From Lytechinus pictus (lineage: Eukaryota): a stretch of DNA of 64,000 nucleotides. Below, piece after piece: positions 38,629 through 50,800 of the stretch; the stretch's first letter is position 1, and each line of letters opens with the position of its first letter. Both the position numbers and the translations under genes were made by a program. The notes beneath the pieces are model-generated. The model worked only from the letters and a program-made list of their open reading frames with translations. It searched no databases and was not told the origin of the DNA. The stretch lies in the NCBI RefSeq assembly GCF_037042905.1, contig NC_087250.1, positions 22,508,001 through 22,572,000 of the forward strand, written 5' to 3'.

Positions 38629-41195
38629 CATGTAACTGACATAAGAAGAATACAGGAAAGGCTTACGATGAACCACACTGTGTCTCATGGGTTACATACA
38701 TACAGAAAATCAGATTTCTTCTTTTCATAAAAATATTTATGCAGTTAGGATTAAATATTTCTCCTACTCAAAATGTGCTCATTAAACCAAACATAGACCC
38801 AAGCTTCTTACCTAAATCCTAATCCTGACAGCATTTTAAACCATAAACCCTCACTTTGTATGTTTTCAGACGAATCAGCAGAGGAGCATTTGTTATAAGA
38901 GCAAATGTCACATTTCCTAAAGATTAACTGATTTCAGTCAATATAAAACTATGCCTTGCCTAACACAGCATGGTCAGTATACCATAATTCGACCAACAAG
39001 AACGACACATTTGGTTAATCATAAATTTATCAGCAAATCAATGAACTGATTGATATATAGTTATGCTCTTTTTGCCTATGTAATGTAGAATACAAAAGGC
39101 ATTGAAAATAAATAGCATTCAGAACAGCGTCAGATAATTTGTAACATTTGGAAACATGTACAATACAATATACAGTAAATGTTGCAGACAGGCCCACGTT
39201 TCAGACATCGGGGCCCCGTCTTACATAGATTTGCAATTGATCCGATCAACCACAACTATGGAAAGCCAGCAATGTCCATATCTAAAATGCATGTCTGTTC
39301 AAAAAAGTTTTCTTGATAAAGTATGTTTATGCGTTTATTTATTGTCTTGACAATTCAGTGTGCTTCTCTTTATTTACAAAGGACATTTATGCAAATTTCC
39401 TGCAGAAAAAATTATGACATTGATGGATTTCCATCAAGCTAAGGTTGATTAGATCAATTGTAACTCTCTGTAAAACGGGGCCCAGATTCAAGACTATGTG
39501 TGGACACAGACTTTACTGAAGCCCCATAAATCATTTCATAATCTATGAGTATATTATTACCTATATGTAGTCACTTTATTTGTTTGGTACTATGCTTTAT
39601 CTGGATAAATCCTTCATCTTCATATTTTGCTGTTCATATAAATGAGCGGATAGTTCAATGAAAATGAAATCAAATAAAATCATGTCAAATATATTGCCTA
39701 ATTCTAATTACATTTCTCTCTGTAGTAAGACCTAAGAGCCGTAATACATTTATCATCACAAAGATCAATTTCATCTCGAAACACATTATTCACGTAGGTC
39801 TATCTAACACGGACCAAAAACACACATTTGATGTGGAGAAATTAGACAAATATAACAAAAAATATTATTTTCATTCACAGAATTACAAACTAATGCTAAT
39901 AGTACCCCACATGTGGCAATTAATAGTCAAACTAAGAAATATATTTCAAAATATTTCTTTCAAGAAACCATGTTTTTCACCCAATGAAAGGTCATTCCCT
40001 CTAGCCCTGTTTTTAGTCTTGAAATCAGGCTGCTTTACACAGCTTTAAAATTGCGATGAATGTGGATTTCCAAGGCTCCTTTTGGGGGATTTGAGGGACT
40101 ACATCCCCCCACCCCCTTGTAATTTTTTCCCTGCTTTAAATTGGAAGCCTAAAGAATGTTATATCTTTCATAATGTAGTCTAAAACTGTAAGTCCACGAT
40201 CATCATAATAATAATATTAGTAATAATAATAATAGTTACATTTATATAGCACTTCATTGTTTGTTTTTCTAAGCACTTTACATGTAATTATTATTACAGT
40301 CATAAATAATTTTCTGCTATTTTCATACATTATTTACTAAGAAACAGAATAGAATATAGAGAACTTTTCCAAGCTTCCTTTTTAATGATGAAGATCAAAT
40401 AGTCTTCATCATATCTTTTAAATCAAAACGTAAATAAATTTCCCATAGATTTATAAAAGGGTATAGGTATCAAGATGAGGCAACAAATATACATGACTCT
40501 ATGGCAAGAGATTACTGTGTATTGGAGTCTCCTTAGTCTTGGAATTCAGTCCCCATCTGGGGTCCAGTTTCACAAAACTTGTTATGATAACAAATTTGCC
40601 ACAACAGTTCTAAGCTACTGAAATCCTTCAATCTGATTAGCTGATGGTAAATTTATTATAACAAGTCTTTATGAAACAGGACCCTTATCTTCAGCTTCAT
40701 TGGGAAAAGATTTTAATTTGCTGACCCCATGCTGGTGGAAAGCACTAAACTAGAGGTAACAGTGTTAGGGTTACATTAATGGAGACAGCTAAAATTGCTG
40801 TCCAGGCGAAAGCGTTTCTTCAGCGTTCATGGGATGATAATCTTAATTTGCTGACCCCATAATGGTGAAAAGACCTGATCTAGAGCTAACAGTGTTAGGG
40901 TTACATTAGTGGAGCCAGCGAAAAATGAAGTCCTAGCAAAAGATATCATCAGTTTTCACTGAGAAATGATTAGAATTTGCTGACCATATACTAGTAATGG
41001 AAAGGAAAAAAAGGTTAAACAAGTGGAACCAGCTAATCTTGCTGCCTCATCTAAAGGCAGCTTTCACTGTAGTCCTGGCTATTTGTTACAAGCTACTAAA
41101 ATCCTTGCATCTGATTGGCTGAGAGCAAATTAGTCGTGAAGAACATTAGATGTGAATGCTCCCTTGACCTGCTCTCCTTGAGAGACGTCAATAAT

Positions 41196-41354
41196 ACCCG
41201 GTCACATTTGCTCTATGGCGGCTGTACAGTGAGTCGAAAACGGCTGTTTTATTCATCTTTATTCAAACCACCTATAAGTAGCTGGTACAAAAAATGTTAA
41301 AACAGCTGTTTTCGACTCGCTGTACGGCCGTCGTAGATCAAATGTGACCCAAGT
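41196..41354. mobile_element. Short palindromic MITE downstream of the VPS26 stop (probable 3'UTR)
   Basis: About 55-bp inverted arms GGTCACATTTG..GAGTCGAAAAC / GTTTTCGACTC..CAAATGTGACC. Confidence 0.6.
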
Positions 41355-41872
41355 ATAAGTATAAGGTGAAATACTTGGCCAATTTCTTGAAATTAATTCC
41401 AAAATTGGCCAAATATCTTATCAAAGCCCAAAATCAAAGTGAGATACCAATTTGCCTCATAAAGCAATGAATGGGATACCCGCCAAGAACAGTACTAAAT
41501 TCCCCATGAATGCTTTAATACAATAATATTGCTCTATATCTGGTCAAATAAATGTACTCTATAAGAAAGAATCTTGAATTTATGTACAAATTTCATAAGA
41601 GATATTCATCTCGACTTCAATCTTGATTATGGCTTGTCGTGAAAAAATAAAAACAATTTATGATTCCACGACAGTCCTTGTGCCTCACGCGGGATTCCGA
41701 ACAAAAAAACGAAAACATGAAAATAACTCTGTTACTCTGATTATTTTGTACACTGTTAGGCTCAACCACCTCTCCATTGCAAATATAAAATCTGTTAAAA
41801 GCGCATCATGGTACACGATTCTTTTGATACAAATAATTGCCTGGCTAGACAACAACAGTAGAGGGCACTATG

Positions 41873-44800
41873 CTACTCGTCTGAGTTGGCTTCTTGTTTG
41901 CTGTTTTGCGACGGCGAGACAAAGTGTTGCATCTGTTGTTTCTGCATTTGGAGGGGCTTCTTGACCTTGTCCGCTTTTCGCCATAGGGTCACTTCCTGTG
42001 AACAGAAGGGGACATAAAAAAATTGTAAACATTGTTAAAATTATTCAAGCCAAGAATAATTTTTTACATGGATAGCATTATAATTAATAAAAACCCTGAA
42101 ACCAGAAAAGAACGAGATGGAGCCACGTGGCCAAGATCTAGGGTTCAAATCCTGGTCTGAGGTAGTGTAATTTTCTCAAATTATTTATCTGTGATTATTT
42201 TCAATCCTACTATTCATATCAAGTTATTTTGAAGTACATGTATACTCTTTTATTACAAGCTATCTTTCTGCAGCCTGTCTGTCTGTCTACCTCTAACTGA
42301 TTCATAGATTTTCTTTCTTAAAGGTCAAGTCCACCCCAGAAAAATGTTGATTTGAATAAATAGAGAAAAATCAAACTAGCATTAACACTGAAAATTTCAT
42401 CAAAATCGGATGTAAAATAAGAAAGTTATGACATTTTAGAGTTTCGTTTATTTTTAACAAAACATTGATATGCCCAACTTGGTGACATGCAAATGAGACA
42501 GTTGATGATATCCCTCACTCACTATTTCTTTTGTTTTTTATTGTTTGAATAATATAATATTCCATTGTTTACAGATTTGACAATAAGGACCGACTTGACT
42601 GAACCATATAGTGTTGAACAATGCTTATTCCACATGTTCAGGGGGGAATAAATCGTTGTTTCACTTGACAATCAGGAGAAAATTAGAATATTTCATTCAA
42701 TAAAATACAAAAGAAATAGTGAGTGGATGACGTCATCAGTCTCCTCATTTGCATACCGATCAGGATGTGCATATAACTGTTTTATGAAATTAAGCAAAAT
42801 TTTAAAATGTCATAACTTTCTTATTTTACATCCGATTTTGATGAAATTTCAGTGTTATGTTTGTTGGATTTTTCTCTCTTTATTCAAATCAATATTTTGT
42901 TGGGGTGGACTTGTCCTTCAAGTTTAATTTACATTTGTTCACCAGCAAGTACTAGGTTTGAAGACAGACATTTTTCCTCATTTGTAATTTACCCTTTCTT
43001 GTACTTCTCTTTACTTTTGCTCTCTTTAAGCGCCTTGAGCATTTAATCAAAATGGAAAAGACGCTATATAAATCATATGTATTATTATTATTTCCTGCAT
43101 CTGAGCCATTCAACTAAAACAGCAAGGGAGTACATTTACATTGTAGGTTTAATGATCCTAGCTTGTGAAAGTGCAATTTTCTAACATTTTTTTATTGCTA
43201 TAAAAGATGGAAGAACCCTTCCCCCTCCCCAATATAAAGAGAGATATTAAAGACAAGCATTATAAAAGAACAAAAGGAAGAGTCAAAGAAAGAGAGAGAG
43301 AAAGATAGACTGACAGACAGAAAAATACAGACACAAAGACAGACGGACAGGGGGAAAAACAGAGAGACAGACAAGAGAGACAGACAGACAGACAGAGAGA
43401 CAGGGAGAGAAGGGAAGATTAGAAGACTAAATTTTTTCTGACCTGCTGTTTGAAGTACCGTCTTTCTTCCTCATCAACAAGTACAAGATTAAGGTAATAG
43501 CGAACAGAGAACTTCTTGTTGACGTCTCTCATCGTTGGCGTCAGCTCGTACCCCGAAAGGAACAGCCTGATGGGTATTGATTCACCTGGGGTCAAATGAT
43601 ATTCCACAGGCCAAAGGTTAAAAGGTTGATGACAACATAAACAAATTCATATTATGTAATACGGAATCGGAATATAGTGGCATGTACTTTTGGGGGGATC
43701 TACAAAAGATCAATAGATTTAATGCATGAAATTCATAGAAATATGTAATTTATACATGTAGATAACTAACAGAGTACTGCTTAAGTATCTTGGTTTAATT
43801 ATATCCTACATAAATTAAATCATGTATGCTGATTGGTTTAAATAGCATCATGTGATCAAACATATTCTCACTATTTTGTGATGATGTTGAAAATGAAACG
43901 CCCACTGAAGAAAAATTGCTATTCCATGACGTCAATGATGGAATAGTGCACTATTCCATCATTGACCTCACAGATCATGACGGCGCAATCACTTATACGC
44001 ATTCTGCATGCTGAGTGCGTGGCTTCAATCAGCGCAGCGGGTAATCTTGGTTCAGATTAAAAAAGGATAAACTACGAGTACAAGAACTAGATTATCAAGG
44101 ATAAAGTAGGATATAAAACAGGCCTGTATTTCGAAAGTATAGAGGGAATTATTCATCCTCCGTTGTACTGGCAAAATCACTATAATGTGAGATGAGAATG
44201 GTTAATCAAATAAGCCTCGTGGGTTTAACAGTTCCATAGTTACCTTATGCTCACAAAACCTACTGATGCACTCACATTTTGCTTGTGCATTTAAATAATA
44301 ACCCACACTTGTTACCTTGAATCAGCCTATAGAGTACCGAAGCGATGACGTCAGTTGCCATGGTGTCACGGCAGCCTGGTTCTAAACAAATGAACCCGGT
44401 GGGTGTTTCTCATTGGAAAAATGGCTGCTAACGAAATGTCATCACTTGCAACCTCAGAATGATGGTAATTTTTGCGAATACAAATGTGTAAAGGCAATCA
44501 TCCGCTGCGACTCTGTTTCGAACCAGCTGGTTCGTTGTCATGAGAGTGACGTCACACTTCGGTACTCTATACACCCTTGACTAATAAAGTCTCAGGCGTG
44601 TTAGAACTGTTCCAAAGGTACCTCATGACATGGGCATAATTATTACTAATGCCCTAAATGATGTGTATTATTTTTATACTATTACATATCAACACAAAGC
44701 AGACACATACCTCTGACTGGTGCACCATCCATGATTTCATATTTTGCTATGGTTTCATTTTCATTGAATGTGTTGGGACCTGAAAGATAAACAAAAGAAA

Positions 44801-47800
44801 ATATAATTACAATTGTATTTCTGTCTCTGATTCTGATTGAGACTTAGGACGAAGTTTGTTTTGGAAGTCATGCAAGTGATGCTCAATTCAATGTTCATGT
44901 TGCGTCTCTAAATTTCACAACATTGTAGGGTAGTGTTTATCCTCCATATTCATGACAGATGTAACGTAAGAAATAATTCGGTGAAAATTTTTATTCCATA
45001 ATAATAATAATATTCATGATTATTTCTTGTTTTGAGCGTTTCATGTACAGTTAAACCTCCCTATTTCTATGTGGGAGCCTGGTTTAGTTGGTCCAACTTT
45101 TCTTTAAATGAGAAGATCATGGGTTCCATTCCCAGCTATGGCATGTTTTCTTTTCGCAAGAATTTACCTACATTGTGTTGCATTCGACCCAGATATTGTA
45201 AATGAGTATTTGGCAGGATTAATTCCTTGAATGCACCAAGCACCGAAAACAGCATTTCAAGCTAAAGCCAGTGTAATAACGATACGATAATGCATCTCAG
45301 AAGAGATTATTTCTAGATAGATGGTGCTTTACAAAGGGACTTGGATATCATCATCCTGGCATTAGCTCAGCAAGCCTATTACACCACCCAAGAATTTTAA
45401 GGGATAAAGTCCTGTATTGTACCGATTTACCTCAACTGTACTGAGTGCAGCACAATCTATCATACCATCAGCTTCTTCTGATTTCATAATACATGTACAA
45501 TCATTTTTTGCTGCAGGATTAAAATAATTATGAGATAGCAACTAGCATTCCATAAAAAGTTAAAGAGAAATTCCAGTAGTTGCAGTAAACACTGATTTCA
45601 TGAGAAAGTCTGTAAAACCAGGCTTAATTGTCAGTATATCATCGAGGATCTAGATCTGGTACAGTTACATAAACTGAACTTTGTGAAATCTTGAAATCTA
45701 CGCTGAAAAATGTTCAGACTGAACTTCCCCAACACAGATAAGCGCACGTGGGACTGTGTATAATTATTGCTTTGAGCGTCGGGCCCCGACGCTCTACCCG
45801 AATCCTGTGCTTATTTGCTGATTTCTCAGCAATTACACAATTTCTTTCAGAATCCTTTGGCACATACGTTTTATTTATACAAACAGACACTTTGGTGGTC
45901 ATTTCATTGGATTCTGTACGAACTCATTTTGATATCGTTACCAAAACTAGCATTTACCTTTAACCTAGTTTTAATATGAGAATACCACTGAGTTTTCAAA
46001 GGAAATATCATTTTACCTGATCCAGTTGTTTCTCTTTTGATGATAGCTAGTTCCATGTGTTTGATCTTAATCCTTACCAGAAGGAAATAGATTTTACCAA
46101 CGATAACATCTTTGAGATGGTATCTGTAAATGAACAAACAGATGAACAAATTAATTAGTCAAATCAAAAATGAAAAAAAACCTTACGAGAAGAAATTCAA
46201 ATTTACCAACAGTTAGTATCTTTGAGAGATTATCTGTAAGCCAACAAACAAATGAGAAAAAAAGTCATATCAGATAGTAAATTGTATTTTATTTAATAAC
46301 TACATTAGCCGGCATGCTAAGAAAGCATTTACGCTTCTCATATTCAAAGAGATCAAATGGCTTTATCTATTATCATCACAGAGTATCACAATATAATACA
46401 TTCAAGGGCTGCACTCTATCACATGATAATCAATGAGATTATGCATCAAATATCACATGCACTTTGACAATTGAGCACAAGATTTGGTCAGACTTATATC
46501 TTTGTGAAATCCTCAAATTGTTCAGAGACATATTCAACTTTACAAACACCAATGGTTGTGAATTACTCTTAGAACCAGGTGAGTGTTTCATAAAGCTACT
46601 CACTTTGATTTGTTGTATTCAAATTCTATATGGAGGCAGTCTTCAATACCAACTTCCATCTTGATGGATGAGTTGACCTCGGGGTAGTGTGAAAGGGTGT
46701 GAACGACAAGATCCATCTCACGCACTGTGTCTGTCAATCTCTTGGTGATAGTTACCCGTAGAAAGTATCTGCAAAGGGTCAAATGTCACACGTAAAAGTA
46801 TAGTGTACCATCATTATCATTTTATCAAGGATTAACATGGAATATTATTTTTGAAGAACATAGACCATCTCAAGCACTGGGTCTGTCAATCTTTTGGTGA
46901 TATTTACTCGTAAAAAGTATCTGCAAAAGGTCACAGGTCAAGTTTCAAAGTTTAATCCTAAAACAATGAGAAAGGTTTAGTAGGAAGAATCTGCAGGTCA
47001 GTGTTCAGATACAAAAGTGTTACGTAGGAGTTTTACAGTGTCATCATTTTTAAACCTGTTAGACAATAGCTGGTTGAGTTATAGGAGGGAAGTGGATAAT
47101 ATTTAAACATTTTCCCGCCAATTTAATGATTGTCACTCTAAGAATGCATCTACACAGGGTTAACGGTCAAATATTAACAATCCAAAGCAAAGAAAGCTCC
47201 ATTGGCCCATATTCTAAACTCAGATTTAATTAAAATCCTGATCTAACATTGTGGTTAAACTATGGAAAGCAATTGTGATGCCAATCTCTCCTAGCAGAGG
47301 TTAACTTTATCAGCTCATTTAACACCTAATTCATAATAAATAAAAACTCTCTGAATAACCTGTTTCTTCACCATTAAAACATCAGTATACACGTCATTAG
47401 ATTTATGAGCATACAGGGTAACTACATATCGTGTATTTTTTTTAATCCAAGAAATGGTCTGTTGAGAGAAATGTGTGCCACAGCTAAAACCTGATCAAAA
47501 CAAGTGTATAATTTCAATGAATGTAAATAGATAATGAGATGATACTTTAAATTATATCGCGCACTTGTGAAGTGAAAAGACAGAAGTGAAACACAATGGT
47601 GTACCTACCTTAACCTGACATTAGCACCTGTGTATGACTCGTATGGTTTTTCTACGTTGAGGAATTCAAAGGGATAACTGGTTGATTGCGTGAGCTCTCC
47701 TGGTCTAGCAAGCTCTTTGACAAGCGATGTGAATTCATGATGGTTACCTCTGTCGTAATACAGCTCTACAAAAATAAAATGATTGTGAACCGCGAAAACA

Positions 47801-50800
47801 AATTAGAAAGTTAAAAACCTTAAAGTAGTAAATACCGGTAGGTGGATAGGTACATTTGACGAGAGATGTGAAACGATTGTTACCTCAGTCATAATACAGC
47901 TTGACAAAACTCAAAATATTGTGGAAAAAATTTGAAAGTTAATGAAACCAACAACAGCAAATAAGTGAACATTCACACACAATCTTGCTTATAATACCTT
48001 AATAATACATGAAAGCAGTTGCACTAAACACTTATCTCATGAGAAAGTCTGTAAAACCAAGGTTTATTGTCACTATATATCTGTGCCAGCCGCACAGAAA
48101 CGTTGTTAACCTAACAGAGCACTAACAGTAAGCCCAGACACATCTTTCGGATTGTAAAGTCAAAACAGTTATTTCAATGTATAAGTAATTCGTTGATTGA
48201 AGCACAGGGCCTTTGTTAGTGCTAACAACGTTTCTGTGCAATCGGTACTGGCTGGGATTCCACGTTTATTTAGCTTTCTTGCTGTAAATCCCCATTTTTA
48301 AAATCTATGGTGACTGTGATAACTTATAATGAAAAGCTTCTTGCAGGATTCTTGCGGGAAAGACATGGATCTGACTTTTTACATTAGACACCGTTCTCAT
48401 TATACATTCTAAAACTAGTTTACTGGAAATCGGTTCAGGAAACCAGTTTGGAAGATCGCTTTGCTAGCGTTCCCATTTTATCAGCCAAAAGTGGTTTGCA
48501 AAACCACTCTCAGTGGGGGCGACATATTTCGTGCGAAATTTGAAACCATAGCATAGACATTCTACACAGTGTGTGGAGTCGAGCGCTCAAATTGTGCAGA
48601 GAACGTTTCCGTAGAACGGTTGTGTCCTCACTTGCGCTAAAACCAGTTTTACAAGGCAAAGCGATCTTGAAAACTACATCACAAGGTGGTTTTCAAAACT
48701 GATTAGGAAGATTGCTTCCAAGACCGCTTAAGCCGTTCTCATTACATGTTAAACACGTTTCCAGTAAACTAGTTTAGGGCGGTAATGAGAACGGGGTCTT
48801 TGATGTTTTCACCTTCTTACCTATTTGACCAACAAACTCAATTCGGATGCCTTGATGTTCAAGTTTCTTGCCTTTAAGAGTGACATTAACCTTAAAAAAG
48901 AGAGAGAATGAACAAAAGTTCATCAATACAATTTAAAGGTCATATCAAGATAATAAAATGGTTCAATTCAAATTCAATTCAATTTACTATTATCTTTTTA
49001 ATTCATGCAATCATGACGTAAATATTTACAATCATACGTGTACCTGGAGTATTCTGGGGCCTCAGATCAATTTAAGAGTAGGTAGGCAGACAATGCAGTA
49101 CACACAATCAGATGGTAATTCATATGTTTCTATACATGCCCACTTTCCCACGGCCCATAAGCACATTGTACACATGTAGTAAGCAACATGTACAATGTAA
49201 GACTATCAATTATTTATAAATACTAAAACTTTTTAAGATAAAGGCTTGAACCGAACTCAATTCCATGTGAACATCTATGTAGCATGGAGCTGAAGTACAG
49301 ACCTTACCAAAGATAAGAAAATCAACGAGAGCCACATAAGCATATTGCTTTACGTCTCAACATCCAAGTAAATCCAAGTATAAAGCAAATGCGATTCAAC
49401 TCTTTTATTTTCTATATATTCTATAAACAATAAATATGCAAATTGATAATCTATTTTGTTAAAAATTGTTCTTTTATCATCAATATTGAGTTCCCTATCT
49501 TATTCAAGTTTGAATTTCATTTCCCTATGATCTAATTTTCATAAATTATGCAAATGAATCTAGAAAATTAATGGACATTGCCAATTTAAGAATCAAAATC
49601 AGATTAAATTAGATTCTATAAAAGTAACTATCTTACCCTTCCTGTTAAGCTCTCTCCGTCATAGAAGAGATAGAGTTTCTCTTTCCTGCCATCATCTGTC
49701 TTGATCTCTGCCTGCTTTCTTGTCGCGGCATCGTCGAGCGCGATGTCGATGTCGGCCCCTTGGCCAAGCCCAAAAAAGCTCTACACAATACAAAGAAAAA
49801 CACAAATAAAACAAATAATTCAAAACTCTTATGAAAAATGGGAAAAGTATTACTGCCATCATTTGTCGTGACCTGAGCTTGCTTTCTCGTAGCGGCATCG
49901 TCGAGCGCTGGCCCCTTGGCCAAGGCAAAAAAAGCTCTACACAATACAAAGAAAAACACAAATAAAATAATCCAAACTTTAGTGAAAAGTCGGGCAGAAC
50001 ACTATAAGTAGCAGAATTTGAATACATATATTAATCAAATTTTGACTGAAAGAATTATAAAAAGTTCAAAAAGATCTACACGATAAAAAGAAAAACACAA
50101 ATATAAAACAATCCAAACTCTAGCAAAAAGTCCAGCAGTATACTACAATTACCTTGACTAAAACGAATTAGAGGAAATTCACTCCCAATTCGTTTGGCTG
50201 AAGAAGGGGTAACATGCAATAATCAGAATTTTTTCCTGAAATTGATAATATCCGCTCTTAATCTGCTACATGTATATAGACCCCCTGTGTAAATAAAAGT
50301 GCTTCGCTTTGAACTTACCCGTCCAAATTTTACACGATTTTTAAATGGCATGATTATTCCTGAATAAACCAATTGCACACACTTTTCAGAAGAATTACTG
50401 AATGTAAGAATGATGTATATGCCAACAGTTATTAAAGCGAGAATGAAACAGTAGGAAATAAAATTGTTTCAGTATAAACCACTACCAGTAGAAGTTCCAC
50501 AAGTATGTCATAAATCATATCATAATAAATAAGCTCAAAATTATTTAATATTTAATATCTCAGATTACATGGCATTATTTAATTTGGGACAGTAATTTAT
50601 ACTATCATTTGTCTTTATCTTCATTGATGAAATTTTGTTTAATTTCAATGAGAACAAAGTTATATCTCAACTCTTGTCACATGTAGTTCAAGTTCAGTTT
50701 ATGGGAGGGAATTTATAAGCTATTTTAAGAGGAAAAGGTTAGCATTGACTATTTAAAAGCACTCATTGAAACTGGCAATACCACCCTACTGTAAGCTCGT

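Noticed and set aside
49645..50027. ORF-track proteins of 104 and 111 aa overlapping VPS26 exon 2
   Set aside because: Off-frame readings of exon 2 and its duplicated echo; the true frame is SFFGLGQGADIDI.
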